Assembly: GCA_900088475.1 (NCBI GenBank)
Contig: FLMG01001670.1
Location: 62,001-126,000, forward strand
DNA length: 64,000 nt
Direction of reading: 5' to 3'
Source of the DNA: Hyphochytrium catenoides
Taxonomy: Eukaryota > Protista > Hyphochytriomycota
The notes beneath the pieces are model-generated. The model saw only the letters and a program-made list of their open reading frames with translations. It was not told where the DNA came from and searched no databases. The stretch's first letter is position 1, and the number at the start of each line of letters is the position of its first letter. Positions 22,601 through 36,400 of this stretch are shown here, piece after piece. The translations under genes were made by a program, and so were the position numbers.

Positions 22601-24358
22601 TGGGAAGTCTTCGTGGATGACGATTCAGTGTTAAAGCACAGTCTTCGAACTCTGCTTGAGCTTAATCTGGAAGAGCACCAGGACAGTCTAGAGGAATATT
22701 TCACAGTCACCGGTGACCTTCTGCCCGCAACTCCCTCGTCTCACATTCATACACATTTCCAATTTTCTCCTTGCTTAGATATTCAAACCCTTATCTTCTA
22801 GCTCGTGGGCCGATTTCTTGGTGACAGATGGGTAAATTAGTCTAACATAATGGCCCCAGAGCGACATTTCGATGAGGAAAGCGGGAAGTGGAAGACAGAA
22901 GAGATTGAACTAATTCCAGGAGGATATGATATGCGAGTGACGGACAAAAACAAACGGAGATTTGTGTCTCTCAGGGCCCTGCATCACGCTTATGGAGGAG
23001 CTAAAGCCGAGTGGGAAGCTGTTAGAAAGGTAAGCTTACCAATGCACTTTGCTGAGAGAAGAATCTTGACTGGGACGGTAACCTTCATGAAGGGAGAGCA
23101 ACATTTCTTGAAGTCAAGAGGTCCATTCACTTATTGGCTCTCTCTCTTGACGCTTTAGGGCTTTACGGATGCTATTCCTAAGAGGTTTCACCGATTGTTC
23201 ACTGTCGACGAGGTAAGCCTCTCGGATTGCCTTTCCTAACTCTAAAAATCGTCGCTTTGTACCTTGCTACCTTCCGCTGTTCCCTGCCAACGTGTAGCAT
23301 GGCCCATGCGGCCAAAGAGAATGCATTGTGTCCGCATTTTCTCCTGTACTCGAACCTGTTTGAACTCCTGGGAATTCCCCTCCCTGGCCTGATCCGTTCT
23401 TGGGCCGTGCGATTGTCCACTTCTGATCTTTGTGCTTCTACTATCGTGTAAACAGCTGCAGGACCTGATATGTGGTCCTACTATCGTTGATGTTGCGGCA
23501 TTCAAGAAACATGTTGTCTATGATAGAGGGATATACAGTGAGAATCACTTCGTGGTCAAGGTACTACCCCAGCCTATCCCGCCCTGCGTCGTCTTGTCTT
23601 CTTGGTCGGGTCCTCACTACCATTTTGCGTATATTTTGAGCAAAACTATTACCCTCTTGTTCGTTCAGAATTTCTGGAGTGTATGTGAGACTATGACCCA
23701 GGAGCAGCTCCAAGCCCTGCTGCTGTTCTGGGGTGGCAGCTCCAAGCCTCCGCTTTTCCTGAATCATAAAGATGAGGATGCAGATGAGGTAGGGTGCTCC
23801 CCAATTTGCAACAAACCCCGTAGCTCTAGGCACGTTATTTGACATCGTTGTTGCGGGGCGCAGGAGTCCAGCTACTGGTACCTGGACTACCTCCCAGGCA
23901 GTGTGGAACGATTACCTCGGTCAAACACATGGTAAGCGCCACCTTTTGCAATGTTTCTCTCTATTACCTAGCTGATACTGTCCTACATTACGGTGATTGG
24001 CTCGAAATGCTGCGGTCTTCCTGTTTACAGTGAGCGGAGGTTGTTGCTACCTTCTTACTCATCACAAGAGATGCTACGGCAAAAGCTGATGCTCGCTTTA
24101 GAGGTAAGTAGAGCTTCGCTTGCCTTTGCGATCTCTCCAAGCCTTTTTCCTCTAAGGCGCGTCGGTCTATCTCTCTGGAACGCGCTCCATTAACACTTTG
24201 TGTCCATACGACTGGGACATTATGTACGCTTTCCGTCTCTATTATCCCTTTTCTTCTCTACCTAGTGGCTGCTTTTTTCTCTCTACACATACCTCCACCG
24301 TATAGAAACTGACCTCTTTACTCTCTAGTTTGGCTCTTCCGGATATGACAGAGTGTAG
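16659..24358 (+). CDS. Ankyrin-repeat HECT E3 ubiquitin ligase (HACE1-like architecture), many exons
   Basis: Ankyrin repeats (TPLLL|AASQNDLDMFKLLLSYGA; GESCLSIAC; RTPLLVTA; GWGVLHHCC); HECT motifs FINEPGVGEGPAR|EFF, VGRVIGLAI, IELIPGGYDMRVTDKNKRRFV, FWSVCETMTQEQLQALLLFWGGSS, LPRSNTC (catalytic Cys), LLLPSYSSQEMLRQKLMLALE|FGSSGYDRV*. Start codon less certain. Confidence 0.85.
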
Positions 24359-24487
24359 TCGAGAGAACCATCAATTCCCTCTTCTTGGATGACAGGGCTT
24401 ATTCGAGAGGATCATGATGCTTACACAGGCAGAAGGAGTCAAAAGAGAAGACACCGTTTAACAAAGAACTAGTTTAGGTTAAGAACC

Positions 24488-27400
24488 TCACATCCCAACC
24501 TCCACATGTACCGCATTAGGCTGCAAGTTGCCTAAGGCAGAATACAGTCTCTTGGAGACACTACTATCTTCAAAGTAAAGTGTTGTCACTTTTACATGGA
24601 ATGCCTTGTCTTGCTGGCCTGATGTTAGGAGACAGAGGTTTGGTGGTCATTTTCTCGCACACACATCGTCCATACGTTCACCAACCCTCTTCCGCTTCCA
24701 TGGAACTGGCCCCCAGCTCTGGGCCAAACTCTTAAATTAGCTGGCTACGGTATCTCAGGGAAGATCACCATGAAGTATGGCTGGCCACAAGATCTAACCT
24801 AAGTCCCGGTTCCTCCCCATCTTCTTTAAAGGCCTTTGTTGTTGTCTCCTCATGCTTAAGATCTCTCCCGCTTACCTCGGCCAGTAATTCTCTTCTCCAG
24901 CGGAGGAAGATGCCACAACGTAACGCTATCGTAAGATGGAGACAACTCTCCTGCGAGAATGTCCTCAAGGAGTATATTCCATAGGGGTGAGGGAACAACA
25001 TCTTCGTTGTCCACACAAAGCAGTCGCATATGGGTCAGCAAGAGTACCACCTACATTATTTGAGAAAAGCATGAGTACGATTGACGAAAAGTACAAAACG
25101 ATAGGCAAAGGTGTTTCCTGCATACAGAGGAACTTCGCCACACCAAGAAGCAAGAAGCCATCACTGCTGAGCTGGAGAGGGTCAGCTTGAGCCCTATCGG
25201 ACGCATCAAACTCACCCTTTTTGTAGGAAAGTGGCCACAGAACCCTTCTGTCCTATATCTTCCGAGGGCTACCCTTGAAATGAGCTCATATCCGACTGAA
25301 TCCTCGTACGAATAAGGCTGGTCCCCCAATCATAAAGAACATCCGTCGGGGAGTTCGAGTGGGATTATTGGCGAAAAATTTAGAGCGTAACAGCCCATGT
25401 CCCGGAATGCGAATTGACGAAAAGTGAGAGGGAGCCAGCAGGTCAGCGGGAAGGTAAGCCCCTAGCAGTAGGAATAGAAGTTATATTACCTGAAGCGGGG
25501 TATTCGCATGTCCAATGTGTCTTGGCGGCCGAACGCGACGGAAGAGGTGTTTAACATCCTTATCCACAGCATGACGGATAGCAGAGGAAGTGGCCGAGGT
25601 AAAGAGCAAAAGCCCAGCCAATGGGCGAACTAGGAACCCCAACAATCCTGCTGACATTCCTCGCCAAAAGCCCTGAAGCGCATAGCGAGTAAGTGGAAGA
25701 CACAGTTATGACCCAAATGCCCAGAAGACAACACCAGCTAAACGAGACGCAGCAAGAGGCAAGAGGGCTATCAAACTTTAAGTAAGCGTATCCGCTTCTT
25801 TAGGAACTTTTGTCCATGCGTGCTGATGTGTCCAGCTTTCATAGAGAGAGTAGACAGAATGCAACACAAGAGACGAAGATGGTGCGCCCTTACTCTGAGC
25901 CCTTCCTTCATGACGCCCTTCACCGGGCCCTTCACCAGACCAGAAAATCCCTGAACGGTGCCCTCCAGGAAGCTTCGAGGGGGCTTTTGTCCCGTATACG
26001 GATCCAGCCTGGAAAGATGAAGAGAGAGCATGAACTTTAGAACCAGTTATGAAGTTAAAAGAAAAGGACGCGCTAAGGAGATATATGAAAACTAAGCCAT
26101 CTATCAAGGAGAACCACGAAGGCTGCATATAAAGCAGCAATAACAGATACAGAAGCCGATTTGCGAAAAGCCATTCCTTATGATTGCTGAGCTAAGCCCC
26201 AGTGCCACGATTGCAGAGATCTTGGTCGTAGCGTTAGATATTCCAAACAACGAATTACGGATGAGAGACGCTGTCCCCTTCGTGACTCCAGCGTAGAAGT
26301 CCAGAGGGCTCTGACGAAAGTTGGTCAATTAATTTTCTATCACCGAAGGGTACAAAGCCTCTCACAACCATGCCAAAGAACGCATATGCAAAGCAGCAAA
26401 AAAGAGCCATACAAAGAACTTGCAAAATCCCATTATAGTTTAGCGGAGCAAGTATCAAGCAGTGGTACAAATGAGACAGGACCATATATCTTGAACCGCC
26501 CGTAAGGCAGTTCAAAGCCTTACCCTGGTTAGACCTTGTGCAGGTTCATAGAAAAAGTCTCTGACTCCGGCTCCCAAATGTCTCAGGAGTCCCACCGGAT
26601 TACCCAGGAGGTCAGCACTTCCTAAAATGTGGACTTAGCACCAGACAGAGTTCTACCCCTCTTGTTTCCATATCTATTTATCCCCTGTTCAGCTGTCTGG
26701 CCCAATTCTTTCTAGGCCAGGATCCACGAGGAGCACTGCCTCGAGGTACGATTGTGAATGCAAGAACATTATGGAATAGTGTCCTCAGTGGCAGCAAAAG
26801 CTATCAGCAGCTAGAAACGACAGCGAAGCGAGGAATAAGGTGACACTCCTCGGCTAGCAACCTCCTTGAACTTATCCACTACATTACCTAGAATCACATA
26901 TGCTTGTCGCATAAACTGATGTTGGTAGTGAGCAATGGCCTCCTCACTCACAAGGCTCGGGGTTGCAAAGAAGTGGTGCAAGACTAAGGAATTTAGCCTG
27001 CGCAGTGTAAGCTGCATTAGCAAAATAGGCGAGACAAAGACAAAAGTGAGGAGGCGATATCAGAGCCAGCACACACCTGATTGGGGCATTATCGATTGAG
27101 GCTATGGATACCCCCAGGGTGGCTATCAGTTCCTTTAGCCGATTTGTCCGGGCCTCTTTCCTACCCAGCTCCATGTAGTTGCTGGTAGCTTCAATGTTCC
27201 CTCCAGACAGACTAATGAGGACCTATAGTTACATTTCAGTCCGGTGCATAAGGGACCAGGATCAAAGATTACGGTGGCTTTATGGAAGACACATCTATCA
27301 TGTAACCGAAATAACGGAGCACAGGATAGATGATAAAGAATTTATAATCCGCCAGTCACCCCAGAAGGCAAGATCCGCTTAGTTGCCTCGCAACTTCAAG

Positions 27401-30400
27401 GTTCCCGCTTCAGTGAAAGGCGAAGGCTGGGAATAGCAGCCCAGAGGGAGCACTTTCAGTGCTATCTGCTTACCATGATAGGTGCAATCCTGAGCTCCTC
27501 AAAGTAGAGCTTCCGCTGCTGCGCCAAAGCTCCTGTTAGTTCTGAAATCTTTAATGCGTCAATGCTTTGATGTCTTGGGCCATCCATCTCAGAACTACCG
27601 CCGAGTCGACTCGATCCCAAGTCAGATCCTTCACCCTGTAAGAGACAAGATGTTAACAAAGCATGTAAACTGAGCCTGAGTCTCAAAGAAAAGGCTTCCA
27701 TAGATATTTACAGCTAGTAGACAGGACGAGGGGAAGGGACCACGTGCACTTTAGAGCGAAAGTGCAGCTACTACCATGGGCACTACCAGACGTGCAAGGG
27801 AGAGAAGACGCCTTTCAAGGGTTCAAGGAAAAATACTGGCTAGCTCAAAGCTATAAGCACTGCTTTTGTCACCCACTCGAGAAGCCAGAAGATCTATCCG
27901 GAAAATCCCAGGAGCGTCCACTCGCAGCTCTCCCTCTTTGCCATCTTCCAAAAACTGGCTGCTGGAGGCTAAGCTGCTCCCATGAAGGGTAAGAAGGGCT
28001 TGAGGCTAAAAGTAGACTGTCAGTATCCAGAAACAACCCTCGATTACGGCCAAGAGCTTCATTATAGAACTTGTGGGACAGCCAACCAAGAGGATCCTTT
28101 CCTTGCTACCTTCAACGGAAGAACTGATCTTTATCCTCCCTTACCTGCTGAGGACCGAGCGGCTCATCTCCCATTTCCTCGGACACGTTTAGGGCGAAAC
28201 GAAGAAGAGCGGAAAGCAGAAGACCTTCAAGGTTGAAGTCTAAAGGCAGAACCTCGATGGATAAGGTTCGAATGAAATCAAGTCCTAGAGGCGCAACCGG
28301 AGCACACGGATAGAGGGAGTTAGTGCATGGTCTAAGAAGTACTGTGATCAAGGGCCACGGGGCTAACGGGGGACAATAAGGTAAAGACACGACACATACC
28401 TTCATAACCATAGTCGTTGCGGCGCACCATATCCAGCTTCAAAAAGGGCTGCTTCTGAGATTCTCTTTCAGCATAATTGGGATGTTTGAGACCTATTGAT
28501 CATGGTGTTAGGATGGAGTCTAACAGGTTTTGGATCATATGGAATAGCGAAGTCAGGTTTAAAATAAAACAAGAGACCAGGAAGAACTTGTCCACATACG
28601 ATTCTTTGGCACGCTTCCAGCTCTACGAAGAAGAACGGGGAACGTGGCACTATAGAGCTGGTTATCAATTTGGAGATCCCCCAGTAAAAGACGATACTTC
28701 TCTGCCGGCCTTGCAGATGCGACCTACACAATTGAAAAAAAAAGCAGGCGTTATCATGTGGCTTGACTCAGACATTCCGACATGATCTCCCAACCCAGCG
28801 TCGAAGTACAAAGGGGATAGACGGAATAGTGATCTTTTCAGCGTCTTACTGGTTTCACTTGTACGAGCTCCAATGAGATGTCCAGTATTGAGGCGTAGAG
28901 CAGCTCCTGAGGTGCTCGATTCAAGAGCGACACACCGAGCCCCGCAAAGTTCAGTTTCTGTCCGACGACAAGAAAGGTAGCAAGTGTTATGTTAGCACAT
29001 CACTGTAATGAACAGTTGGAAGGTTATTTATCGACCGAGGCCATTGATGATAAAGAGAAGGCCAAGACAAAACAAGGCAGACGAAATTTGGATGACTAGA
29101 CATGAGAAGGCATCCCGACCAGGTTGAGGCTGGAAGGATGGTTTGGCATAATTTCTCGATTATCGGAGTCATCACGGCCATCCTGTGCCTCAGTGAGACG
29201 CGAATCTACTAGACGCAGTACGCGTGTTGGACCCACAGCCACTAGCTCTACATCGGAAATAGCCGAACATTAGTTAGCAGGACGTGACGATGGATGGCCC
29301 TATTATCTGATCTGATCTGCAAAGGATGAGGCCAAAGACTAGCAACTTTGGAGGGATGATCAAATAGGTTAAATCCTAGAAGTGCAACACATGCGAGAAT
29401 CACGTGGACAAATTTTGAGTACGCACCACACTTCAGTTTCCCACTGAGTGCATTCGGGAACCTTCTGATCCTATCAAGGGTGAAACTACCGACCTCCACC
29501 GGTCGTTCTCCTTCATGGGCGGAGCATACAAGTAGCACCTGTTCAGCGGTCGGCTCATCCCAGGCATATGTACAGGAATGGTATGGCAACAAGGTCTGCA
29601 TGCGGTGAGGTTTAGTTTCGGGGAGCTGAGGCCCCTTTGTTTTTCATTGTTGAGTGTTGTAAGGACTCCCACAACCCTTACCTCGTAGATCGCCACCCCT
29701 TTTTGATTTATCCGAAGAGTTTCCAAAGAGCAATTCTCCACTCGATAAGGGGGAACTTTTGGGTTTTCAGGTCGGAAGACAACGAACATAGTGTTCTCTT
29801 CTAGCGTTATGTCCACCTGAAGAGAAATTGACAAGAGAAGAACGGATTAGGCGAAGACGTAGCAGACTTTGAGTGAGAGTGCAAAGGTTGTATATTGAAA
29901 TAAGGATTGGTACAATGGTTGGGGCTCTGAGAAGTGTTCATAGCTTCAGCTATGCAGTAGTGGGCTTGATCGCAGGTGACAAAAGTGCAAAAGAGCGGCC
30001 TTACTTGAAGGATATAGACTTGACTAGAGTCGGTGTTACGTAGTTTGAGGAAGAATTCACCAGGTTGATTGATTGGAAAAGCTCCGCTCCACGTCCAGCC
30101 GTACGTTGTAAAGCGAACCTTCGTACGATTAGTTAGACCACCACCATTGCAAAGGGATCGGCTGCTAAATAAAGGCATTCTGCTGAATGCAAGTGCTTTA
30201 GTTGAGGCCCACCTGCAATAGTCGTGATCTGCCCAGATGGGGCCAATGGAAGGGACTGGCGGTGTCTGGCTTTAGAGTCAATGTCGGTTCCATTGCTTTA
30301 CTCGGGCCTATAACGCAAACCACCATGCCACCAGCGAGAGAACGTGCGCATGAACACAACAGTGAGAGAAAGCAACGGGCATCATCCAAGTACACGAGGA

Positions 30401-33400
30401 CAACTGGCTTCTAAGAAGCGAAAATAGCTTAGCAGAAAATGAAACACGAGAGAGCCATCCTATACGGACAGGCTGTCCGTAAGCAGATAGTGCCAGGACA
30501 ATGAAGAAACTGCAGTCATGGGAGAACCGAGCCTGGTACCCCTAGAGCACCTGTGGGAACGTGTTGTCTGATCTCTAGTAGGTTGCCTCCTTCTAACCCG
30601 TTCACTAACATAAACCAAGGCTTCAAGGTGACCACTTTTGTCCGCTGGAAAGGGGCTGGCGCTACCGAAACCGCCACAGACAATACGTATATTGGCCCGC
30701 TAGAGGATCCGGGGTTCTGGGAAATTATGAAGTAGAAGGAGGGGAATTGAACGGTCAAGGAATGTAGGGAGCGTCACCATCCATTCTTGTGCATGCTTCT
30801 TAAGACTAGGATCTGGGTTTTCCTGTCGAAGCCAGGTGGCTACTTACGCCTCAGGCTTCGTTTTCACATCTCTTTATTACTTTCCTGTTCGACCTTCTTC
30901 GTACCTTTTTGACCTCCACAACAGCGGATCTGGCAACCGAGTCAATCTCCACCGGGTCAGACCAGGGTCCTAACTCAAAAGCGGGAGGGGCCTTTTTATT
31001 CTGCAATTTAGCTCTGGAAGACCCCTCAGCGCCCTTCATGAGTCTCATCTTGATCTTTCCTTTCTTCCTGCTTCTGTTCGTAAAGTCCACAAGAATGGGA
31101 TCGCACTCCAAGGATGAAGGGTCTGAAAAGACGGTTTAGGGAGCCCACGGCACAAAGGAGAAGACAAACGAGCAAAACTCTGGTGAACATGGTCTGTCGC
31201 TAAAACTATACTAATGCTTTCGCTATCCCGTGGCATCCGGCTCTGTTCAACAGCGGATGCGTTCGCTACAGTATAGCGCTACCTAATGGGTCATTCCTTT
31301 CTGCCCTCCGCCACAACTATACCCCTATGGAGTAATACCTGTCGTAGCATCCAACCGCTGGCGGTTTGCGAGCTCTGACAAACCCATCACAGGTGGGATG
31401 GGAGGAATAATATACCGCTTAGTGTTCGACTGTGTTGAGTAGTGACAACGGTAGACTCAGTTGCGGTTATCAAAAAAGAATCAGGGTACCAGAAGTTAGT
31501 GATGGCCTTCAAGAGGCAATACTTTATAGGGCGAGGGAGACGTAGCTGAATATATAGTCATCAACCGCAACAAGCGGAATACACCTGTCACCGCAAGAAA
31601 ACGATGTTAAGACCTTAACGCACGTACCTTCGAAGAAACTGGCTTAGTACTCTGTTTCAACTTCTCATACAAAGCTTGTTGACCTGCGATTACGCTACAG
31701 CATCCATCGTTACAGGGCGAAGTTGATGGTCCAAAGAGAGGATGGTCGAGGTTTGGAGAAGCAACCTACCTCTCTCCCTTGCTAGCTTTTTCGATCAGGG
31801 CCGAGTCATGTCCAAGCTGCAAAGGTAGAGCTGATGCATTCACCACCCAATAGGGGGTGAACAGGGCAAGGACGCGAGTGCCACCTGGCAGAACTTCTAG
31901 CATACCAGACACAGTTAAAAAAAGGGCCATGTCGTCCAAGAGTGAAATAGATATTGCGGTGGACTCTGGGATGATCGGGAGACGATCACTAGGGTAATTC
32001 CTCTTGTGCTGGCAGCGAGGGATCAGGACGGGCTTACTCCATCCTGGTAATAAAGACACAGGTGCTTAATGGTAACTTCCCCCAAACTCTGACCATGCCG
32101 TCATAGAAAGGAACAAGTAAATACAATGCGTACGGCGCACCCGGTCTCCAGGGCCAGAAGCCGCGAGACACAGACTTTGGATCAGGCAAGGTACAATAGA
32201 GTAATAACGGAGAGCCGAGGTGCTAACAGCGTATGGACAATAGAGGATGCAAGTCAAAATTTTGAGCAATTGTAGGACATTTCGGATAAGCAAACGCAAC
32301 AGTTCCTTCCATACCAAAGCCTGGTAGCCGTATGGCTAGAAGAAGGTGTTCCAGCCAACCAGAACGGTGCCACAGCAAACTTTCACCTCTGTCAAGGTCT
32401 CCTCCAAGTGCTGTGGCATTGGACCCACCAACAATACTATTGCTACGGGCTCGGCGACCGGTGAATGAGAGCGCGTCCTGGACAAATAGCCATTGGATTA
32501 GTCATAACATAAGGCAGCTGTGTAGAGTTCGGCAGATCCAAAAGGACCACCCCAGATAGAGATTCGTCAAATGATACGCGCTAAGAGGACGGCGCATATA
32601 TTAGATAATGGACTTCAATGATATTAGTTTCCGTAAGAGCGAAGAGCGATCTTACCTCAGATGTACCCATTTCCTCAATCTCTTCCTCACCAGCCTTGGT
32701 AGCCCTTTCCGCAGAGGTGGATGGGAATGGACCCGTTCCACCCTCTGTCAACCCCATATCCGATACGTCTCCTGCAGTCTGCAGGGACAAGAATGAAGGA
32801 GCTGATTGAAGCGGACGAGAGGGAGAGGCAGGGAAAAACGCCTTCCTTCTAACAACTCTCAAGCGATACTCCATAGGGCAGGAGAGGAGGTTGGTAATGA
32901 TCAGCGGTGGGTGAAAGGATAGTAGCTGGAGAGGCCCAGTCATCCGCTGAAGAGAGAGGAGGTTAGTGCTGATTGTGATAAGATTACTCCGCGGATACTT
33001 TTTGAAGAGGAATGGGGAGACTAGCAACACGAAGGAGTATGGACACTTTCTTGGCATCAACTAGAGGGAAGCTTTTTGCCCACCTCACTTGCTGGCCCTC
33101 CAGAAAAGGCAAATGCTGCAGAAACTCCATGGTCCTGGCTCCCATTCTTGATGTCGCCTGCTAGTAGCTTCAAAGATTCGGATCCTCGAGATAGCTGCAC
33201 ACTGCAGGTGAAGTCTGGAACTGGACGGGAGGAGATAAAGGCGCCAAATGTCATAATTCTTGTTTGCTTTTTTCTTGATCCTCCCAGTCCGTCTTCGCTT
33301 GGCACGAAAGAAAGTGGCACCTGACGTCGACTGTATTGAGGTGGAGGAGCTTGATCCAAAACCCTACCACCAGTAAAAGTCAAGGAACCGCCATGGTTAG

Positions 33401-36400
33401 AGAAGTGAAGAGGATAGAAGGAAGACAGTGCACGGCCACTTAGTGGGCAGCAGGACACTGCTTCCCGACAATGCAAATCGTAGCACGGTCTCAGAAGGTG
33501 CAAGCTCTGGAGTCACTGACACCTGATAATCTCTCACGTTCGCTCAGGTATCACTACCATTCCTGTGGTGCCTTACTCAACCCATTGACATGTAATTTTT
33601 TCGCCACAATTCATATATCCCTTTGTCCATACCTCAAACCCCAGATTGAAGATCTCTTCAACACTCAAGCCTCCTCATCTCGCCTATCCTCCTTACTCTG
33701 ATCTTACCTTTCAAGCTTCGGCTGAATGAAGATGTCAAGCGGAATGGCAGTAAGATGAATAGGTATAGGACAAACTTGCTTTCTGCCTAGCGTGGTGCTC
33801 CATACGGTCCGCGAAATGGTATTACCCGGTCCTGTGGCAAGTGTGAGCATTTAGTACTTATGACAGGGCAGAGTGGATAATAGGCGCAGCTAATGTAGAT
33901 CCTGAACAGGTTGGAAAGGAAGCAGATAATCAACCCTAACTCGCGAAGAAAAGAGCACTGAAGACATTGGTGAGAGAGAGCCAGGGCCACAATAGCGAGG
34001 ACGCAAGACCAGCAATTGAGGAAGCCCTCTCCCATAAATTTCATGCCCAAAGTGAGATCGCCATCGGCACTTACCCGGCAAAGACGGCAGGGCGAATTCT
34101 ATCGACAGCGGTAGCTCGGTTAGGTTCTGCAACATCTAAAGGGACAGCGGTCCGCTTAATTAGTGCAGCCCTTCAGTGTCTCTGGTAGGACAATTATGCT
34201 GTCTGGGCTTAACCCTTTCTATTTCCGCCTTCTCTTCCTGACACTATGGTACGGCACCATGTCTAGCCAGTCCTTACGCTCAGATCCCCGACTGCGCCCC
34301 TCCTAAGCTTCATCTGGGGACCTTACGTACCTGAAGTGATCGGACGAGCACGACCTTGCAGCCATGGCGCACCTCAACGTCTACAATGCAAGAGGCGGTT
34401 GGGACAGAAAGTCCCTCTATTATCTTGGGGTCCTCGGTAACCAAAGCGTACGATTTGCTCCTCACGACGTCCACGGGAATATTAGATATGGGCTTCCATC
34501 TAGACAGTTACAAGAGGCACGAGAGGAATAAGGACCTTAGGTATAAGGCGATACGGGTTTGTATCACAAATACCAAACAATTCACAAGTTAGATTTTGAT
34601 ACTAGCGTCCTTCAGCCTGGCGTCGAGAAAGGCGTGAAGCCGTGCCAGCTAGCGCATCCTATACCTTTTCTCCCCAAATCTCTCGATAGAGATTGATATA
34701 GTAGGAATTGTCCCATCAACTGAAGGCAAGGCACCTGAAGCCGTACGCTTCACAAGTGATCCGGCTCGGGCGGGTGCTCCACGGCCACCGTATAGCCGAA
34801 CATCCAATGGAACCTTTTCGCCTGGTTCCACTTCCCTTACGACTGGGATGGAGAAACGGTAAGGGACATCGAGCAACAAGCAATAATTAGAAAGGGGTAA
34901 GTATATAGAGACCCTTGATGGACTAGAGCTTTAAAAGGCTACAGTTCTCAGACCGGACCTCACCTCTATCTGTCCCCCAATACCACAACTTCACTCCCGT
35001 CAGATTTTCCACCCAATAGAGGGAGAAGGTTGACTGGTTCCGATCTTCACTTCTCGTCTTTTGGGATGCAGACCATTGCCAGGCTCGCCGGGCACTCGCC
35101 AGAGTCTCCAGTAGTGCCTCACTGATGTTTAGGTTGAGTATGGTCTCGGAGGAAATCAGTAGAGAGGCGCCACTAGTGGGAAGTTCTCCTTGTGCATTAA
35201 CCTGAAAATTGCAGCAAGAAAATAAGAGCACTGCTGGTATGTTCCATAGCTCTTTATATCGCCATGGGATTCTGCTTTAAAGAGGTAACACCGATCTTTT
35301 TCAAGGTATATATACGTGTGGGCTCTCTCTTCATCTGAAAAAGGTTGCGTGTGATATGGCTAGCGTTAAATTCTTACCGCGATCGGCTCCTCCATTCCTG
35401 GCCTAGCCAAGTCTGATACCTCCTCTCGTACCACATGGTACACTACAGTGCAGCACCAAGGCTCTATCAGGGGTTCCCAAGCGACCAATCTGAGACTATA
35501 GTAGTTCATTTGACACGAGAGGGACATTGTCAGCCTGGTCTGTATAGGTCCTTCTCCCTCACTTAAAAGGCCCTTGCCGTGAGGGTGGTCTTCCATCTCG
35601 ATGTCTATAGGAGATATGTCCAAGTCAAGGACAGGCAAATCCTGGCCATACAGGTCATTAATCAGGAGTACTCTAACACCCTCAACGGAGAGGGTGGCTT
35701 CCACTATTCCTCTCAAATCCCTTCTCCGTATGACAGTGTTTTCGGGAACTCGTCGTCCAGGCTGAAGGTAGGAGGACGCTTCTGTCTCTTCTTTCTCCTT
35801 GACAGCCAGCAAAGGCCAGCCTTCTTTGCCCCTAAGCCTGGTGTTTTTGTTCGTTTGCTTGTTCATTCTTGCTACTTCCGCGGCTTCTATTCCGCTAAAC
35901 ATCCGCTGGAGATTTTCCATAATCTTTTCCATCATCGGAAGGTCTTGGAAGGCTATTCTGGACTCCAAATCCCCCAGCCGCCCTTCTACTTTCTGTTTCC
36001 ATCCTGCGGTAGTTATCTGCTTTCCTTCTTCTGCCATGAAAGCGACTGATGTGACAGAAAATGTGAGAGATGCGGGTCGAATTATTTGCCACATTGTCCC
36101 CTCACTCCTTTTCTGTCCTGGAGGGTCTAAAGGAAGTGAAGAAGATGGTCGCAGCGGCGGCCTCTGAACTCCCCTCGCGCTTTTGCCCGCATCGAGATGA
36201 GGGAAAAAAGAAATTCCCTGTCTGATCTCTGGAACACTAGAGAGTCTTAGGGTTTTGGGGGGCTCTTGAAGGGGAGAAGAGATTCTCGAAAAGGAAGGAG
36301 AGCCGCTTGCTTGTCTCCTAGTGGATTCTCCCGCCGAAGGTTCGAACAAGGGTGTCTGGGGCCTCAGCACTGGAGTAGATTGGCTCTCCTTGTATACAGC

